DNA from: Cyanobacteriota bacterium
Lineage (GTDB): Bacteria > Cyanobacteriota > Cyanobacteriia > PCC-6307 > Cyanobiaceae
DNA length: 64,000 bases
NCBI GenBank assembly: GCA_046052125.1
Contig: JBJOMY010000002.1
Location: 477,525-541,524, forward strand
Direction of reading: 5' to 3'
Shown here: positions 30,851 through 39,831 of the stretch, one piece after another
Numbering within the stretch: the first letter of the stretch is position 1
Layout: the number at the start of each line of letters is the position of its first letter
Notes under the pieces: model-generated
Told to the model about the DNA's origin: nothing
The model's database searches: none
The model's input: the letters and a program-made list of their open reading frames with translations, nothing else
Made by a program: the position numbers and the translations under genes

Positions 30851-31591
30851 TCAGCTAAACCGCTTCGCCAGGGCCAGCGGATCAAACACCGTGATCTTTT
30901 TGCGGTCGATCTGCACCAGCCCCGCATTGCGTAGATCCCCCAGCAGGCGCGTGATCGTGACCCGGGTGGAGCCGATCGCCTCGGCGATGGCCTGGTGGGA
31001 GAGGCGCAGGTCGATGGTGATCCCCTCGCTGGTGGGCACACCGAAATCGCGGCAGAGCACGAGCAGGAAGCTCACCAAGCGCGACGACATGTCGCGGTGG
31101 GTGAGGGTTTCGATCATCGTCTCGGTCTGCAGGATCCGCGAGGAGAGGCCCTGCAGCATCAGCAAGCCCACGCTGGCGTCGAGTTCGATCGCCTTGCGCA
31201 CCGAGGTGGCCGGGGCGGTGACCATCTCCACCCGGGTGAACGCCACTGCGTGATAGAAGCGATCGGATCGCTGGCCGGTGAGTAGCGACAACACGCCGAA
31301 CAGGCTGTTTTCCCTAAGCAGGGCCACGGTGATCTCCTCGCCCGATTCGTACACCCGCGTGAGGCGCACGGCGCCGCGGCGCAGCAGGTACACCTTCTCG
31401 GCTGGATCGCCGGGGAAAAAGATCGTTTTGCCGCGTTCCACCGTTTCGGTGGTGCTGCCACTGAGGCCGCGGATCACGTCCAACAGGGTGGCGTTGGCCA
31501 TGGCGGGCGCTCCCGCCACCGGGGTGAGCCCTGCGGCGCCGGTGGTGGGGCTACTGGAATAGCGGCTGAAGCCTGGTTTGGCACCGACCAT
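30851..31591 (-). CDS. ntcA: Global nitrogen regulator NtcA
   Basis: [20 protein letters not shown] and [24 protein letters not shown]. Confidence 0.97.
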   Translation of the reverse strand: MVGAKPGFSRYSSSPTTGAAGLTPVAGAPAMANATLLDVIRGLSGSTTETVERGKTIFFPGDPAEKVYLLRRGAVRLTRVYESGEEITVALLRENSLFGVLSLLTGQRSDRFYHAVAFTRVEMVTAPATSVRKAIELDASVGLLMLQGLSSRILQTETMIETLTHRDMSSRLVSFLLVLCRDFGVPTSEGITIDLRLSHQAIAEAIGSTRVTITRLLGDLRNAGLVQIDRKKITVFDPLALAKRFS

Positions 31592-31614
31592 GACGGCGGG
31601 GCAAGGTGAGCCGG

Positions 31615-31656
31615 ACCCTACGGATCACCCCTGCGGGCTCTTGTAGTGGTTGACAC
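31615..31656 (-). promoter_or_regulatory. NtcA-activated (class II) promoter of ntcA
   Basis: Minus strand GTG-TCAACCAC-TAC (31656-31643), then a 22-nt spacer, then TAGGGT (TAN3T -10 box). Confidence 0.8.
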
Positions 31657-32390
31657 TAATTCGGGGCTTGCTCAACGGCCAGCTGCTGACTCTGCCGAAG
31701 CTGAACCAGGCCTGCCTCGGCCAGATCCAGCAGCCCGTTGAGCTGTTGGCGTGAAAACGGTGCCCCCTCCGCGGTGCCCTGCACCTCCAGCAGTTGCGCC
31801 TGGCTGTTCATCACCACATTGAGGTCCACCTCGGCGCGGCTGTCTTCGCTGTAGTCGAGATCCAGCAGCGCTGCTCCATCCACTAGCCCCACCGACACGG
31901 CCGCCACCTGCTCCAGCAGTGGTGATCTGTTCAGCGTGCCGCGCTGCTCCAGTCGCCGCAGTCCCACTGCCAGGGCCGCCCAGGCGCCGGTGATGGAGGC
32001 GGTGCGCGTGCCGGCATCGGCTTGCAGCACATCGCAGTCGATGTGCAGGCTGCGCTCGCCCAGTGCTTCCAGATCCAGGCAGGCCCGGAGGCTGCGGGCG
32101 ATCAGGCGTTGGATCTCCTGGGTGCGCCCCGAGAGCTTCATCAGCTCCCTGGGCTGGCGGCTCGGGGTGCTGGCCGGCAGCAGCCGGTAATCGGCGCTCA
32201 ACCAGCCCTTGCCCGATCCCTGGCGCCACTTCGGCACGCTCTCTTCCAGGCAGACACTGCAGATCACGGAGGTGCGGCCGGTGTGCACCGTCACGGAGCT
32301 CAGGGCAAAGCCCATCGGATCCCAGCTGAAGCGGGTGGGGCGCAGCTCACTGGCGGTGCGCCCGTCACGGCGGATCAGGGCGGCGGACAT
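31656..32390 (-). CDS. rph: Ribonuclease PH
   Basis: SGRTQEIQRLIARSLR, DVLQADAGTRTASITG, LDLDYSED and EVQGTAEG. Confidence 0.96.
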   Translation of the reverse strand: MSAALIRRDGRTASELRPTRFSWDPMGFALSSVTVHTGRTSVICSVCLEESVPKWRQGSGKGWLSADYRLLPASTPSRQPRELMKLSGRTQEIQRLIARSLRACLDLEALGERSLHIDCDVLQADAGTRTASITGAWAALAVGLRRLEQRGTLNRSPLLEQVAAVSVGLVDGAALLDLDYSEDSRAEVDLNVVMNSQAQLLEVQGTAEGAPFSRQQLNGLLDLAEAGLVQLRQSQQLAVEQAPN

Positions 32391-32434
32391 GACGGTGGCC
32401 TCGGCGTGCGGTGGCTCGATGGTACGGGTGTTTT

Positions 32435-32450
32435 CCACTACAGGTAGTGG
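32435..32450. promoter_or_regulatory. 16-bp palindrome resembling an NrdR box
   Basis: CCACTA-CAGG-TAGTGG in the rph / cobO-like intergenic region; weaker second copy at 32476-32491. Confidence 0.6.
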
Positions 32451-32512
32451 TGAATGCTTGCTCGGCGGTCCGACGCCGCTACATTCAGGATCCAACGTGG
32501 CGGCCAGCGGAG

Positions 32513-33133
32513 ATGACGGCGAGCATTGCAGCCCTTCCCGGCGGCGGCGCCAGCGGTCCTTTCCGCCCCGGTCATCGCTCCGCTGCGTCACGGGCCTTCA
32601 ATGCCCCAGCGGCGCCTGCTGTGCGCAGTCTGCGATTGGTGGCTCAGCAGGAAGGTCTGCTCCAGGTGCACACGGCACCCTTCCGCGGCAGCTTCAGCGG
32701 TGTGTTCAGCCAGGCGCTGCGTAGCGCCGGCTTGGGCAGCCGTGTGTTGATCAGCCAGTTTCTCAAGGGAGGGGTGGATCAGGGCCTTGAGCGCAGTGTT
32801 TGGCTGTGCGGGCGATTGCAGTGGCTGCGTCCGGCCGTGGCCGGTTGCCTGGGGGAGCCTGCCTCTGATGACGAGGCCGGCAGCGCCGATCGCGATGCGG
32901 TGAGAGAGATCTGGGCCTTCACGCGCGAGCAGATGCTGGCGGGCCAACTGGATCAGCTGGTGCTCGATGAGCTGGGTCTGGCGGTGGAGCTCGGCTATCT
33001 CGAGGAAGAAGAGGTGGTCGCTGCCCTTGATCAGCGCCCCAGCCATCTGGATGTGATCCTGACGGGGCCTGCCATGCCCGGCGCTCTGCTGGCCATGGCG
33101 GATCAGGTCACCCAGCTGCGCCGAGGTTTCTGA
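32513..33133 (+). CDS. Cob(I)yrinic acid a,c-diamide adenosyltransferase-like protein (CobA/CobO family, degenerate P-loop)
   Basis: QFLKGG, LVLDELG, VILTG and ADQVT are present; the P-loop position reads HTAPFRGSFS. Confidence 0.8.
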   Translation: MTASIAALPGGGASGPFRPGHRSAASRAFNAPAAPAVRSLRLVAQQEGLLQVHTAPFRGSFSGVFSQALRSAGLGSRVLISQFLKGGVDQGLERSVWLCGRLQWLRPAVAGCLGEPASDDEAGSADRDAVREIWAFTREQMLAGQLDQLVLDELGLAVELGYLEEEEVVAALDQRPSHLDVILTGPAMPGALLAMADQVTQLRRGF

Positions 33134-33726
33134 TGCTCAAGAACGACCGTTGGATCAACGAGCAGGCCGTCCAGGGCATGCTCGAGCCGTTTCAGCCTCA
33201 GCTGGTGCGCCACCTCGATCCCGAGAACGGCGCCCAGCCGGTGCTCAGTTTCGGCTGCTCTTCCTATGGCTACGACCTGCGCCTCTCATCCCAGGAATTC
33301 CTGATCTTCAAGCATGTGCCCGGCACGGTGATGAACCCGAAACGGTTCAATCCCGCCAACCTCGAGCAAGCGCCGCTCCACCACGACGACGACGGCGACT
33401 ACTTCATCCTGCCGGCCCATTCCTATGGCCTGGGTGTGGCACTGGAGAAGATGCGGGTGCCCTCGAACATCACGGTGATCTGCCTGGGCAAGAGCACTTA
33501 CGCGCGCCTTGGAATCATCGTGAACACCACGCCGGCCGAAGCCAGCTGGGAAGGGCACCTCACCTTGGAGTTCAGCAACTCTTCAGGAGCCGATTGCCGC
33601 ATCTACGCCAACGAAGGCATTTGTCAGTTGCTGTTCTTTGAAGGCGATCCCTGCGAAACCACCTACCAAGACCGCGCCGGCAAGTACCAGAACCAACCCG
33701 AGCGGGTCACGCTGGCCAAGGTGTAA
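33133..33726 (+). CDS. dcd: dCTP deaminase
   Basis: SSYGYDLRL, GKSTYARLG, TPAEASWEGHLTLE and GKYQNQ. Confidence 0.96.
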   Translation: MLKNDRWINEQAVQGMLEPFQPQLVRHLDPENGAQPVLSFGCSSYGYDLRLSSQEFLIFKHVPGTVMNPKRFNPANLEQAPLHHDDDGDYFILPAHSYGLGVALEKMRVPSNITVICLGKSTYARLGIIVNTTPAEASWEGHLTLEFSNSSGADCRIYANEGICQLLFFEGDPCETTYQDRAGKYQNQPERVTLAKV

Positions 33727-33735
33727 AGCTCTGCG

Positions 33736-34458
33736 TTAGGGCGCCAAGCGTGCCTTGTGCAGTCGGCTCTTCTCGTACCAGGCGGCGATTTCAGGGGCCC
33801 AGGCCTGCATGTGCGGCCACATCAGATCGCACAGCACCCGGATCTCCTCCTGGGCATCGAGCTTGGCGCGCAGGTCCATGAAGTGGAGAAACGCGCGCAG
33901 TGAGAAGCTCACCACGAAGTGCTGCCGGTAGTCGAAGGGGAGGATGCCGCGGGCATGCTCCTCAGCGAAGCCGGCGGCGAGCATGTCGCGGTAGCGCTCG
34001 GCTGCCAGACGGCACAGCTCCAGGTCCTTGGCGCGCTCCTCGGCTGTGTAGGCGTATTTCTTGCCTTGGCGATCGCTGTAGTTGCCTTCGGGGCGCAGAT
34101 AGAACACCTCTTCCAGCTCGAGTTCGCCGTTGGCGGCTCGGCAGATGCGATCGCCCGTGTAACGCATGGACTGCACATCGAAGCTCACCCCCACCCGGTG
34201 GGTGCGGGCCTGCTGCATCACCGAGTGGGGGAACCAGCCCACGTTGAGCACGATCTGAGCGTGCTCGAGCGGTCCGTAGTGGCCGCGCTCTCCGGCGAGC
34301 AGGCGCTTTACGCAAATTTCACCGGCCTTGGCCTCATCGGGCCATTCGGCGCGATCGGCGGCCACGAACCCCTCGCTGTAGTCCTGGTGCATCGCGGCGT
34401 AGATGCACTGCTGAGGGTTGGGGGTGGCGGCGATCAGCTCAACCCGGAAGCGGTTCAT
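33736..34458 (-). CDS. thyX: FAD-dependent thymidylate synthase
   Basis: GHYGPLEH, RTHRVGVSFDVQSMRY, ARGILP and AQEEIR. Confidence 0.95.
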   Translation of the reverse strand: MNRFRVELIAATPNPQQCIYAAMHQDYSEGFVAADRAEWPDEAKAGEICVKRLLAGERGHYGPLEHAQIVLNVGWFPHSVMQQARTHRVGVSFDVQSMRYTGDRICRAANGELELEEVFYLRPEGNYSDRQGKKYAYTAEERAKDLELCRLAAERYRDMLAAGFAEEHARGILPFDYRQHFVVSFSLRAFLHFMDLRAKLDAQEEIRVLCDLMWPHMQAWAPEIAAWYEKSRLHKARLAP

Positions 34459-34527
34459 GGGGTGAAGGCACCGGCGCCGGCCGGATGGCGAGTGGCTGCA
34501 GGGTAGAGGGGTTTGGCGTTGCAGTCG

Positions 34528-35106
34528 TTAGCTGTGGCTGCGCGGGCCCGCCATCGCTGCAGCAGCAAGGGTGGGTTGCAGGCTGCTTTGGCTGGCCATC
34601 CCTGCCAGCTGCGGCAGCGGTGTTTCGGCGATCAAGGCTGTGGTGAGAGCTTCCAGCTCCGGACGGCTGCGGGCCCCGAGCGCTCGGCCAATCGCTTGCC
34701 CAGAGGCGTTGAACAATTCGAGTTGCGGAATGCCGTTCACCTCGTAGCGCTCGATCTCCGGCTGCCAGCGCGGGTTGTCCACATTCAGCAGCACCACATC
34801 GAGCTTGCCGTGCTGTTGCTGCTCGATCGTCTCCATCGCTGGAGCCATGGCCTGGCAGGCCTCGCACCAGTCGGCGTAGAACTCCACCAGGGTGGGGCGC
34901 CCATCGCCGAGCGCCACAGAGAGATCCAGCGATTGCCGGGCCAGCTTCTCGAGCGGTGCAGCCGGTTGCAGCCCGCCGCGCAGGGCAAACAGCGCCAGCG
35001 CCAGCACCGCGCTGAGCGCTGCGAGCAGCAGGCGAGCCCGACGGCCCAGCAGCGGTTGCGCCGCTGAGCTCACGGCGTCGCTCGGGTCGGGGGAGGGGGC
35101 GCTCAC
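34528..35106 (-). CDS. TxlA/HCF164-like membrane-anchored thioredoxin
   Basis: TM helix followed by EFYADWCEAC and LNVDNPRW; start uncertain. Confidence 0.88.
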   Translation of the reverse strand: MSAPSPDPSDAVSSAAQPLLGRRARLLLAALSAVLALALFALRGGLQPAAPLEKLARQSLDLSVALGDGRPTLVEFYADWCEACQAMAPAMETIEQQQHGKLDVVLLNVDNPRWQPEIERYEVNGIPQLELFNASGQAIGRALGARSRPELEALTTALIAETPLPQLAGMASQSSLQPTLAAAAMAGPRSHS

Positions 35107-35185
35107 GCTGAAAGCCAGAACGATCGCTGCACAATCTGCCAGCTTTGGCGCGCTCGTTACGCTGTGACCCGGTGGGCCAGCCAGC

Positions 35186-35602
35186 GTGAAACGCCGCATC
35201 ACCCTCCACTTCCCACGTGAGGCGGTGCATCAGCCGATCGCCTATCGGCTGGCGGTGGAGTTCGATATCGCCGCCAAGATCCTCCGCGCCCAGATCGCTC
35301 CCAACCAGAGCGGCACCATGGTGGTGGAGCTCTCCGGCGACATCGACGACCTCGCTGCCGCTGAGCAGTGGCTTGAGAGCCAGGGCCTGGGGATCAACCG
35401 CGCCTCGGGGCAGATTCGGGTGGATCGCGAGCGCTGCGTGGATTGCGGGATTTGCACCAGCGTCTGCCCCAGCGGCGCCCTGCGCAGTTCGGCACCCTCT
35501 TGGCAGCTGCAGTTCGACGCGCAACGCTGCCTGGTGTGCGAACAATGCATTCCCACCTGCCCGTTTGAGGCCATCGCCCTGGTGCTGGAGCCATCCCCGT
35601 GA
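35186..35602 (+). CDS. NIL domain plus 2x[4Fe-4S] ferredoxin
   Basis: N-terminal NIL-like domain; CVDCGICTSVCP and CLVCEQCIPTCP. Confidence 0.92.
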   Translation: MKRRITLHFPREAVHQPIAYRLAVEFDIAAKILRAQIAPNQSGTMVVELSGDIDDLAAAEQWLESQGLGINRASGQIRVDRERCVDCGICTSVCPSGALRSSAPSWQLQFDAQRCLVCEQCIPTCPFEAIALVLEPSP

Positions 35603-36105
35603 GAGCTGTGTTTGGAGTGCTGTTGCTGCCCCTGAGGGCGCCGATGTTGTTGGTGCTGCTCCTGGTGAGCGGCTACATGGGGCTGCACTGGGCCGAAGTG
35701 GCTCCGCTGCTGCTCAGTCGCGCTGAAACCCCCTTGCAGCTCGAACTCGCTGGGTCGTTGTTCTGGCCCCTGCAATGTCTGCAGGCCCTGGTGGTGGTGG
35801 TGTTCTGCGCCATGCCGGATCTGTTGCTGAGGGAGCTCTCGCAACTGATGGCCGCCAGCAAGGCGCTCACCCTTGTGGTGACCCTGCTGATCGTGATCAC
35901 CGGTGGTTTGTATCTGCTGCACCTGGCGGTGCTGGCGGAGGTGCTGGTGCTGGCTTCAGCCGTGCTCCTCGCCCGGCTCGACCTCAGCCGCTTGCGGATT
36001 GCGCCAGCCCCGCTGATGGCCGCTGTGGGGCTGAGCAGCTGGGTGCTGGCGGGGATCGGCCTCGGCTACCTCGCCCACGAGCGCTTGGGTGGCGTGATCG
36101 GCTAA
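35599..36105 (+). CDS. Hypothetical membrane protein
   Basis: Several hydrophobic helices; 4-bp overlap with the upstream gene. Confidence 0.7.
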   Translation: MRAVFGVLLLPLRAPMLLVLLLVSGYMGLHWAEVAPLLLSRAETPLQLELAGSLFWPLQCLQALVVVVFCAMPDLLLRELSQLMAASKALTLVVTLLIVITGGLYLLHLAVLAEVLVLASAVLLARLDLSRLRIAPAPLMAAVGLSSWVLAGIGLGYLAHERLGGVIG

Positions 36106-38090
36106 CCCCGTGGGCAGAGCTGCTCAGGATCAGCCTCCAGTAGTTGATAGCTCCAGCGATTGCCCAGCACCTTTTTCACATAGAGGCGTGTTTCGGGATA
36201 AGGAATGGCCTCGGTCCAGAGTTCAGGCTCCCGTTGGGGGTCTGGCAGCGTTCCAGTGAGCCAGCTCGCCACCGCGCCCGGGCCGGCGTTGTAGCTGGCC
36301 ACGCTGAGGAAGGGTTGGTTGCCCCAGCGCTGCAGCAGTTGCTTGAGGTAGCGGGCACCCAGCTGGGCATTGAGGCCAGGGTTTTGCAGCTCTTCGCTGC
36401 TGGCCTGGCGCCCGGCTAACTCGGCCGCTGTGTCTGGCATCAGCTGCAGCAGGCCGATCGCTCCCACCGGGGAAGCCACTCCGGGACTGAAGCGCGATTC
36501 CTGCCGGGCTACACCCCAGAGCAGCTCGAGATCCACCCCTTCCTGCTGCGCCGCTCGCCCCAGTTCCTGCTGGAAGCGCCGCGGGTGTTGCTGCAGTTCC
36601 CGTTGCCATTGGATGCGGCAGTCCGCCTGGGGCAGGCGCAGGTTGGCGAATTCCAGCTGGCCAAGGCCTGTCCAGTCGTCACCGATGCCGGTGCGTAAAC
36701 GTCCTTCCAGCAGCAGTTGATCAGGGCTCTGCGGCGTAGCGCTGCCCCGTTGGTGGCGCCAGCTTTCCCAGGCTTCGAGCGCTTGGCCGGTGCGCCAGAG
36801 CTCATCGAGCCCTGCGTTGCCACTGGCCAGGGGCTGCCAGGGCAGTTCCGCCGCCTGATCCTTGGGGCGTTGGCTCGGCGCCGGCAGCTCGCGGCCTAGC
36901 CGCACCAGCGCCCGCCAGCTGTAGTACCCCACCGGCTGAACGCCCAGCAGGTTCTGCCAGAACCGCAGGGCGGCCGATGGCTGCCCCTGTTGCTGAGCGC
37001 TGTAGCCCTGCCAGAACAGTTGCCGGGCTGCCAAGGCAGCGGGCAGTTTTTCGCTGTTGATGGCGCCCAGGATGGCGCTGGCCTGAGGCCAATCCCGTTT
37101 CAGCAAGGCCTGGCGCGCCAGCTGCCACTGCAGCTCCCAGCTCGAAGGCTCCTGCGGCCAGCGTTGCAGCACCGCCTGCCAGGGAAGGCGGCGCTCCAAG
37201 GCCAAACGCGCCTGGACCGGGGCACTGTTTTTGAGTGATTCCGGTAGTTGCGCCAGAAGCTGCAGCGCCGGCTGGCCGGGTTCCTCCGCCAGCAGGGCTG
37301 CTGCTTCACGGCCGATCGCGCTGTTGGGCTGAGCTTTGGCCAGGTTGAGCAGCAGCTGCTGGCCCCGCTGTTGTTGGGAGGCATCGCCGCGGAGCAGGCC
37401 GCGGCTGAGCGCCAGCGCCAGCTCCGCTGGCAGGGGCTGGCTGCCCAAACAGCGCTCCGCTGCCTCCAGATGCCCGAGTTGCAGCAGGCCGCTCGCCAGC
37501 TGTTGCCGTTGTGCTGGGGTGCGTGTGGCCGAGGGGCGCTGGCATTGAGCCAGCAGGAGTGCTTCGGCGCCTGGCCAGCGTGCACCCCAGCGGGCTAGGT
37601 GCAGGCTGTCGCCCGCTTCCACAGCGGCGGCCAGTGCTGCTGGATGGGCTGGGAAGCGTTGCAGGAGCTGTTGCCGTTGGCCGAGCGCGTAGAGGGCATC
37701 GGCGCTGGCGGCTTCCTTGGGAAAGCGGCGCAGGAGATCGTTCCACAGGGCCTGGGCCTGCTGAGGCTTGCCCTGTTCGGCAGCGGCCTTGGCGGCTTGC
37801 TTGAGCACAGCAGCAGCCAGCGGGGAGTGCCCCCATCCCTGGCCCTGCAACAAGCGTTGCCGTGCCCCAGCACTGCGCTCCGAGCGCGCGCTCAGCAGCA
37901 GTGCCGCATCGCGGCGGCGTTGGGGATCCACGCCGCGGTAGCGGGCGGCCTCGAGGCTGGCGGTGGAGCTGGAGGGGTTCAGGGGTGGGGCCAGCTGCAG
38001 CAGCGCCTGGCGAGCGATGGCTAGGGCGATGCCGCTGCCCAGGCAGGTGGCGCCGATCAGCAGGGCGGCGGAGGGGCGCAGCGGTGGCAA
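36102..38090 (-). CDS. slt: Soluble lytic transglycosylase (Slt70-like)
   Basis: ARQESRF, GAIGLLQLMP, ASYNAGPG and IPYPETRLYVKKV; start uncertain (38090-38180). Confidence 0.9.
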   Translation of the reverse strand: MPPLRPSAALLIGATCLGSGIALAIARQALLQLAPPLNPSSSTASLEAARYRGVDPQRRRDAALLLSARSERSAGARQRLLQGQGWGHSPLAAAVLKQAAKAAAEQGKPQQAQALWNDLLRRFPKEAASADALYALGQRQQLLQRFPAHPAALAAAVEAGDSLHLARWGARWPGAEALLLAQCQRPSATRTPAQRQQLASGLLQLGHLEAAERCLGSQPLPAELALALSRGLLRGDASQQQRGQQLLLNLAKAQPNSAIGREAAALLAEEPGQPALQLLAQLPESLKNSAPVQARLALERRLPWQAVLQRWPQEPSSWELQWQLARQALLKRDWPQASAILGAINSEKLPAALAARQLFWQGYSAQQQGQPSAALRFWQNLLGVQPVGYYSWRALVRLGRELPAPSQRPKDQAAELPWQPLASGNAGLDELWRTGQALEAWESWRHQRGSATPQSPDQLLLEGRLRTGIGDDWTGLGQLEFANLRLPQADCRIQWQRELQQHPRRFQQELGRAAQQEGVDLELLWGVARQESRFSPGVASPVGAIGLLQLMPDTAAELAGRQASSEELQNPGLNAQLGARYLKQLLQRWGNQPFLSVASYNAGPGAVASWLTGTLPDPQREPELWTEAIPYPETRLYVKKVLGNRWSYQLLEADPEQLCPRG

Positions 38091-38139
38091 CAGGCTTGGA
38101 CAGGTGTTGGCATTCTTGGGGAGATCGCATCCCCAGGCC

Positions 38140-38364
38140 ATGGGCCGGCTGCAACTCCCCGCGCTTCCGCCGAGCCTCACGCTCCTGCCCGGCTGGCGTC
38201 AGCGGCGGCGCCTGCTGCAGGTGTGGGCCTTGGCCGGTGTGTTGATCCTGCTGCGCCCCCTCTGGCCACTGCGTTTGCTGCCGGGCTGGTTGGTGGGCGC
38301 TGTGCTGCTGTGGGCCGTGGTTGAGCTGGTGCTCTGGGCCTGGTGGCCGCGCCGCTGGCGCTGA
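38140..38364 (+). CDS. Small membrane protein
   Basis: MGRLQLPALPP...two hydrophobic segments...WWPRRWR. Confidence 0.55.
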   Translation: MGRLQLPALPPSLTLLPGWRQRRRLLQVWALAGVLILLRPLWPLRLLPGWLVGAVLLWAVVELVLWAWWPRRWR

Positions 38365-38421
38365 GGGCTAGGGCTGTTTCGGCCCTCCACCTAGCCTGCA
38401 GCCCGACTCAGGTGCGTTGTT

Positions 38422-39831
38422 GTGATGGCCGAGCCGGCTGCCTTGTCCCTGGCTGACTTTCCGCTCGGCGCTCCCCTGCCCCAGGGCACGGCTGCTTTTG
38501 GTACCGATGGCATCCGCGGTCGGGTGGGTAGCCAGATCACTCCAGCCCTGGCCTTGCAGCTCGGTTACTGGTGCGGGCGGGTGTTGCCGGCGGGTGGGCC
38601 GATCCTGCTGGGCAGCGATTCGCGCAGCAGCGGGCCGATGTTGGTGGCGGCCCTGGCTGCGGGGCTCACGGCCGCGGGCTGCGAGGTGCTGGATCTGGGC
38701 CTCTGCCCCACACCGGCGGTGCCCGGGGCGATTCGGCAGCTCGGCGGTAGTGGCGGCTTGATGGTGAGCGCCAGTCACAACCCTCCCCACGACAACGGCA
38801 TCAAGGTGTTTGGCGCCTGCGGCTCCAAGCTGGGCAAGGAGCAGCAGGCGGCGATCGAAGCCGGGCTGCATGGAATCGCTGAGGGCCAGAGCGGGTTCAA
38901 CCCCACCGGCCGGCTGCAGCAGCGCCCGGATCTTCTGGAGGATTACCAGCAGCGTCTGCTGGAGAGCGTGGCGGGAGCACGCCTCGATGGCTGCCGCATC
39001 GTGCTGGATCTCTGCTGGGGTTCCGCCAGCAGCTGTGGTGAAGCCATATTCCGGGCCCTCGGCGCAGAGCTCACCGTTCTGCATGGCGCGCCCGATGGCA
39101 GCCGCATCAATCAGGGTTGCGGCAGCACCCATCTCGAGCCCTTGCGGGCGGCCGTGCTGGAGCAGAGCGCGGCGATGGGCTTCGCCTTCGATGGCGATGC
39201 CGATCGCATGCTCGCTGTTGATGGCCGCGGTCGGGTGGTGGATGGCGATCAGATCCTTTACCTCTGGGGCCAGGCCCTGATGGCGGAGGGCGCTCTGCCC
39301 GAGAACCGCATCGTGGCCACCGTGATGAGCAATCTCGGCTTTGAACGGGCTTGGCAGGCCGGCGGCGGCGTGCTGGAGCGCACGGCCGTGGGCGATCAAT
39401 ACGTGCATGCCGCCATGGAGGAGCTGGGAGCGGCCCTCGGCGGTGAGCAGTCGGGCCACATCCTCTCGGCGCGCCACGGCATGAGCGGCGATGGCCTGCT
39501 CACGGCCCTGCAGGTGGCCACCTTGATCCAGGCGCGCGGCGGTTCACTGGCCGACTGGATGGACACCAGCTTCAAGCCCTACCCCCAAAAGCTGGTGAAC
39601 GTGACGGTGCCCGACAAAGGCCGCCGCACCGGTTGGGAAGCTTGTGATCCTTTGCGCGAGGCGGTTCAGGCCGCTGAAACGGCCATGGATGGCTGCGGCC
39701 GCGTGCTGGTGCGGGCCAGTGGCACCGAGCCGCTCTTGCGCGTGATGGTGGAGGCGGCGGAGCAGGGCGATGTGGACCACTGGAGCCAGCACCTCGCCCA
39801 GCTCGCCGATCAACACCTCAACGCTGCCTGA
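38422..39831 (+). CDS. glmM: Phosphoglucosamine mutase
   Basis: FGTDGIRG, SASHNP, FDGDADR, GGEQSGH and RASGTEP. Confidence 0.96.
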   Translation: MMAEPAALSLADFPLGAPLPQGTAAFGTDGIRGRVGSQITPALALQLGYWCGRVLPAGGPILLGSDSRSSGPMLVAALAAGLTAAGCEVLDLGLCPTPAVPGAIRQLGGSGGLMVSASHNPPHDNGIKVFGACGSKLGKEQQAAIEAGLHGIAEGQSGFNPTGRLQQRPDLLEDYQQRLLESVAGARLDGCRIVLDLCWGSASSCGEAIFRALGAELTVLHGAPDGSRINQGCGSTHLEPLRAAVLEQSAAMGFAFDGDADRMLAVDGRGRVVDGDQILYLWGQALMAEGALPENRIVATVMSNLGFERAWQAGGGVLERTAVGDQYVHAAMEELGAALGGEQSGHILSARHGMSGDGLLTALQVATLIQARGGSLADWMDTSFKPYPQKLVNVTVPDKGRRTGWEACDPLREAVQAAETAMDGCGRVLVRASGTEPLLRVMVEAAEQGDVDHWSQHLAQLADQHLNAA

